Assembly: GCA_950097015.1 (NCBI GenBank)
Contig: CATNEN010000001.1
Location: 22,072,001 to 22,136,000, forward strand
Direction of reading: 5' to 3'
Origin: Macrostomum hystrix
Lineage: Eukaryota; Animalia; Platyhelminthes
DNA length: 64,000 bases
Translations under genes and position numbers: made by a program
Part shown: in pieces, positions 59,190-64,000 of the stretch
Position numbering within the stretch: the first letter of the stretch is position 1
How the letters are laid out: each line of letters opens with the position of its first letter
Notes under the pieces: model-generated
The model's database searches: none
What the model was told of the DNA's origin: nothing
The model's input: the letters and a program-made list of their open reading frames with translations, nothing else

Positions 59190-62088
59190 TCAGTTGATGT
59201 GCCGGTCGCATGCATAAGCTCTATGGCCAAAACCTGTCAGGAACTCGTGGTCCATCAGCTCCTGTGCAGACATTCTCTCATTGCTCGCCCGCTTGGTGCA
59301 GCCACAGTAGAAATCCTGAAGCTTCTGTGAAAAACCGTCTGGCAGCTTCGGAGCACCTTCGTTTACCAGCACTCGACACAATCGCAAAATGTGTCTCATA
59401 TTATCATATGGCCTCAAGCCGTAAGCCATCTCGTAGACTGAGCAGCCGAACGCCCAGATGTCAGACTTCGTGCTGTACTGCGGCGTGCCTGGTTCCAGCA
59501 GTTCTGGAGCCATGAAATTAGTAGTTTTGTTTTCTATTGAAGTACGTAAACCTTCGTTGAATAACTCATCCAAAAGGTCTGCCAAGCCAAAGCCGATGAG
59601 TTTGATTTGCCTGTTGCCAGAAAGCACCATGATATTGTTGCCGTTGATACTTCGATGGATCAAGGGCGGCTCGAAGCTGTGCATGCAGAGCAGCGCGCTA
59701 CAGATCTGCAGAGTTTGTGAAAAGCTAACTGTTTAACATGTCTCTGCGTATAGAGCATTTATGGGTAGGTCAGTTTTGAGTTACTTGTCTGCTGAAATCT
59801 CGAATCGTCCCTTCGTCTAGTGGCTTCCCATCGAGGACTTTGTCAAGTGTTTTGCCATCCAACAGCTCCATGAAAATGACAATCTTGGCGTTCTTTTGCT
59901 GAGTGGTGAACAAAATCTTGACAATGTTATCATGCTGGAGTTGGCACAAGGTCATTATTTTCCCTAAAACTTGTTCAGCTCTCCTGCTCTCAAAGCTCAG
60001 CTCGTCCATTGACTGCATTGGCAGTTTTAAAGTCTTTGTAGCGCAACTGGCACCTTTGTCCGTGAGAACTTCATGAATGTCAACGAAAGCTCCCCTGCTG
60101 ATGAGGCGCACTTTGTTCCAGCGCTCGAGGAATGGAGCAGTGGCAGATCTGATTTGTGTGGGGTAGTGGGTAATAGTAAGCACAAAGCCTAAAACTATAG
60201 CTAAATAATATGAAACTTGAAGTGTTCTGGAGAGCGGATCAATTTGCCAATTCAAAGTAACCCTAAAAAGCGGAACTTGTATAGTAGGGAGAACCCGCTG
60301 ATAATAGTAACCCAGACTTGCCTAGCTCGCAACACGGCAACGCTGACTTCGGGTTGGTTCATGCCTTGACCAGGGCTTTGTCTTGGGCTGAAATGAAGAG
60401 AAAGACTTTAACTTTATAATACCTGCTTTGTATATGGACGTGCCCTCTACTTGAAAGCAACTTGACTTCGATTTACTAAAGCCACTCACCCAGACTGCTC
60501 AGAGAACCTGCTCATTGACTTCTCCCGAATATTTGTGACTTTTGATTTCTGACCATAGGCGCTCTCTGTGATTGGAAGAATAGCCAATGGTTATACAATT
60601 GATTTGATACAAGTGAATCGCATACGAGTACAGAAATATAAATTTGCTTTTCTGCGAACGAAATGAACCGGAGCATAGTTTTAGCAATAAATCATTAGAC
60701 AAAGCATTCGCAGGGACAATAGCTTGCATTTTGAGAAAGCTTCTATGTTTTTTTGTTTTCTGGGGCTCTTGTGAACTTTAAGTTTCGCTTAAAGCCTGGA
60801 GTTCAATGGCCTTCCCTTGGTCACCAAACAAAATAATTCTCACCAGTGAATAATTCATGGTCAAATGATAGAAAAGGCTTCTTAAGTTTTTCTATAGTCA
60901 GGAAGAACTCGTGGCTCAGCAGCTCCTCAGCAGACTTTCTCTTCCTGCGGTCTCGGGCGGTGCAGCGGCTGTAGAAGTCCCGCAGCTCCGCCGAGCAGCC
61001 GTCAGGCAGGGCGGGGGCTCCGACCTTCTCCAGCTTCTGAGCCACGTGGTAATAGTGTCTGGCGTTTGAGTAGGGCCTGCCTCCCGTGGCCATCTGGAAG
61101 ACTGAGCAGCCGAACGCCCAGATGTCCGACTCTCTGCTGTACTGCGGGTTGCCTTCATCGTATATCAGCAGCTCTGGCGCCATGAAGTTCAGAGTGCCCT
61201 TCGGTGTCGCAGTGGAGGCTGTGAGGTGGCTGACAGACTGCTCCAGATTGATTGACAGGCCGAAGTCGATCAGCTTGACTCGCCTGTTGTCACTGAGCAC
61301 AATGATGTTGCTGCAGTTGATGTCTCTGTGGATCACGGGCGCCTGTCGGCTGTGCAGGTAGTGCAGCGCGCTGCAGATCTGCAGGTGGGTGGGTTGAGGA
61401 ACTGGTGTCGGCTGACGGTTAAAAAGTCAACTCACTGCATTACTCATGAGCAGGCTGCTCAAATTTCACCTGCTCGCTGAACTGTCGAATGGCTTCTTCG
61501 CCCAGCGGCTTGGAGTCGAGAAATCTCTCCAGGCTGCAGCCATCCAGCAGCTCCATGAACACAACAACTTTCGCATACTCAGGCTGAGAGATGTGCAAGA
61601 AGCTGACGATGTTGGGATGCCACAGCTGGCACAGGTTCTTCTCGCCCTCAATAAACTTGTCGATCTCCTTTCTCTTTGAAGGCTCCAGGTCGCCGAGCTG
61701 CACTGGCAATCTGAGAGTCTTCGCAGCGCACCTGATGCCCGTGTCCGTGAGCACTTCGTGGACATCGCCGAAGCCTCCGCTGCCGATGAGTTTGACGGAG
61801 TCCCAGCGCTCAACGAGAAACCTGAGGAATTTTTAGTGGCTGATGAAAGCAAACGGCAGATGGGCAGAAGAGCTGCAGATTGCAGAGAGCAGAAATGCAA
61901 TAAAAGCAGCAGCAATGAATGTACTCACGGCTTTTCAAAGTACTCCTTGTCTTCGGACCTGCATGGGCATTGGTTAGTGGAAGTGGAGATTGTCAACGAG
62001 TAATTAGTATAATAGCACTCAAAAACTCCATGCATGAAGTAATATAGTATCAACACTGACTTACCTCTTCTTGTAGATGCAACCTGCC
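59190..62088 (-). CDS. Tandem protein-kinase-domain protein (STE/MAP3K-like kinase followed by a pseudokinase); 5' end not located
   Basis: In-frame exons 62088-62065 (tentative), 61958-61929, 61821-61470, 61378-60844 (domain 1: IGSGGFG, AAK, HRDIN, DFG, GTLNFMAPE, SDIWAFGC), linkers 60565-60490 and 60387-60322, then 60148-59785 and 59705-59190 (domain 2: SRGAFV, HRSIN, GFG, NFMAPE, SDIWAFGC). Confidence 0.85.
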
Positions 62089-62233
62089 CTAAAAGCGTGC
62101 CGTTTTATTATCCCTGCTCCCTTCTTGCAGATGCAACCTGCCCTAAAAGCGTGCCATTTTATTATCCCTGCTCCCTTCTTGCAGATGCAACCTGCCCTAA
62201 AAGCGTGCCATTTTATTATCCCTGCTCCCTTCT
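62065..62233. repeat. 54-bp tandem repeat x3 overlapping a kinase micro-exon
   Basis: Unit CTTCTTGCAGATGCAACCTGCCCTAAAAGCGTGCCATTTTATTATCCCTGCTCC. Confidence 0.93.
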
Positions 62234-62639
62234 TTCGAATGTACGTACTCCTGTCATACTTGTGAATGCTCATACTGTATACTGATGTGCTCCTTTGTTG
62301 CTTTCTGTATTGCACTCTGCAATACACTCTGTATTGCACTCTGCAATTGTAAACGATTGGCGGTTCTTTCATCTAATATCTCACTTTCTACTACGTTGCA
62401 CAAATTCTGTGTTGATCACTATCACATGATAATACGAGTGTAACTTGCAACCTCCAAGTATATTTTATAAACAGTATAACTTCGCTATTTTACCTCTTAG
62501 CATGGAAGTGAGCCTAGTCATAAATTAACTGATGCTGCTTCCTTTGACTGATGTTTATATTACGGGCTTTTTTATTTCTTTTGAATTCCGCAATTCGCTT
62601 TGGGTTTGCTTCCTACATCTGACTGCATCCACAGAAAGT

Positions 62640-62860
62640 GCATGTATATAGTGCAATTGGGATATTCATGGGCAAAACATGCATGTGCGGCTTGCACGCA
62701 TGGATAAGTCACGCATGTTTTTAGAAAACACACGGTTAACACATGGATACCCATGCATGTAACATGCATGCAACATGCATGGAACATGGATAAAACATAC
62801 ATGCTTCATGCATGCTACATGCATGTATTTGCACATAGACCATGCATGATTTATCCATGA
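62640..62860. repeat. CATG/GCATGC-rich low-complexity tract
   Basis: Dense CATG palindromes without a fixed period. Confidence 0.7.
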
Positions 62861-62877
62861 TCGGGGCAAGTACCACT

Positions 62878-62961
62878 AGTAGATAGTAGTCCTTTAGTAG
62901 ATAGTAGATAGTAGTAGTAGTAGATAGTAGTAATAGTAGTAGTAGTAATAGTAGTAGTAGA

Positions 62962-62992
<31 letters not shown>

Positions 62993-63007
62993 TGTAGTAG
63001 TAATAGA

Positions 63008-63052
<45 letters not shown>

Positions 63053-63053
63053 A

Positions 63054-63086
<33 letters not shown>

Positions 63087-63111
63087 ATAGTAGTAGTAGT
63101 AGTAGTAGTAA

Positions 63112-63155
<44 letters not shown>

Positions 63156-63169
63156 ATAGTAGTAGTAGA

Positions 63170-63212
<43 letters not shown>

Positions 63213-63227
63213 TGTAGTAGTAATAGA

Positions 63228-63304
<77 letters not shown>

Positions 63305-63330
63305 ATAGTAGTAGTAGATAGTAGTCCACT
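62878..63330. repeat. (TAG)n microsatellite
   Basis: Direct reading. Confidence 0.98.
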
Positions 63331-63884
63331 TGAGTAGTCCGTGGATCGGGGGTCCAGGGTTGGGATCAGCACCGTGGGATTTCTAGCGCTCGTATTGTTC
63401 CATCCCCCAGTTACATCAGATTTTGCAGCTTGTTGGGTGCACTGAAGATCTCTAAATGGTAAGGATTGTCGACTTAATTGGGTTACCGAAATGATAAAAC
63501 GAATCAATAAAATTCCTTCAGAAATGGAATTCGCAACCATGTTATGTACAGACTCTCTAGCTTCAGCGGCTGGAGCAAGTGTCGCCATTCGGAGATTGGA
63601 GAATTCTCCAGCATGGGAGTGAAATCCAGCCTGTCTGTGCTCACTAGAAATGGAGAAGCGGTGAGTCTGATCTCATTTCTGCATTGCGAATGCGTTTTAT
63701 ACTACTAACAACCAAGCGTTCGAGTAGCGTACATCGCGCATTGAAATTTGTCACTTCCTGACTCCTCCCCCATTGCTGAAGACGCAGACGAATGCTCTGG
63801 CACTGCCACCGTCTATGGTATGTTGTTGAGCTGTTAATTCATTGCCAATGTGTTTGCTGAAGGGACAATTCGATGGGAGTAATA

Positions 63885-64000
63885 GAAGATATGAGAGAGT
63901 GACAGAAGACATGAGAGAGTGACAGAAGATATGAGAGAGTGACAGAAGATATGAGAGAGTGACAGAAGACATGAGAGAGTGACAGAAGATATGAGAGAGT
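63885..64000. repeat. 20-bp minisatellite (GACAGAAGATATGAGAGAGT) running off the window
   Basis: Direct tandem period. Confidence 0.93.

Noticed and set aside
62736-63588. Poly-Leu/Thr/Tyr ORFs and a possible kinase 5' exon
   Set aside because: Dominated by (TAG)n. The unique part has no recognisable domain, and I could not link it by splicing.

Overview
Animal genomic DNA with spliced genes and an extreme density of minisatellites. The architecture resembles the flatworm Macrostomum lignano, but this is inference only. I reconstructed six multi-exon genes by hand from splice sites and reading-frame continuity: (1) Neurexin-IV/Caspr (-, 1914-19487), with a ~9.2 kb higher-order 22-bp minisatellite in one intron; (2) Pur-alpha (+, 21473-22785), head-to-head with it; (3) an LCCH3/GABA-A beta-like Cys-loop receptor subunit (-, 26531-41345), with different tandem repeats in most introns; (4) a small secreted protein of six fibronectin type-I-like 4-Cys modules (-, ~47805-49501); (5) a secreted WSC+PAN/apple protein (-, 52938-53777), flanked by two broken paralogues; (6) a tandem kinase-pseudokinase gene (-, 59190 to at least 62088), with a GC-AG intron. 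Two tRNA-derived SINE families, a MITE and about 20 tandem-repeat families are also present. Best leads: the FN1-like protein in an apparent invertebrate, the kinase-pseudokinase tandem, a minisatellite born from a SINE that also carries a nested MITE, and an unexplained ~2.9 kb block (56.1-59.0 kb) where one 387-codon frame contains only TAA/TAG stops. No CRISPR array or prokaryotic system is supported.
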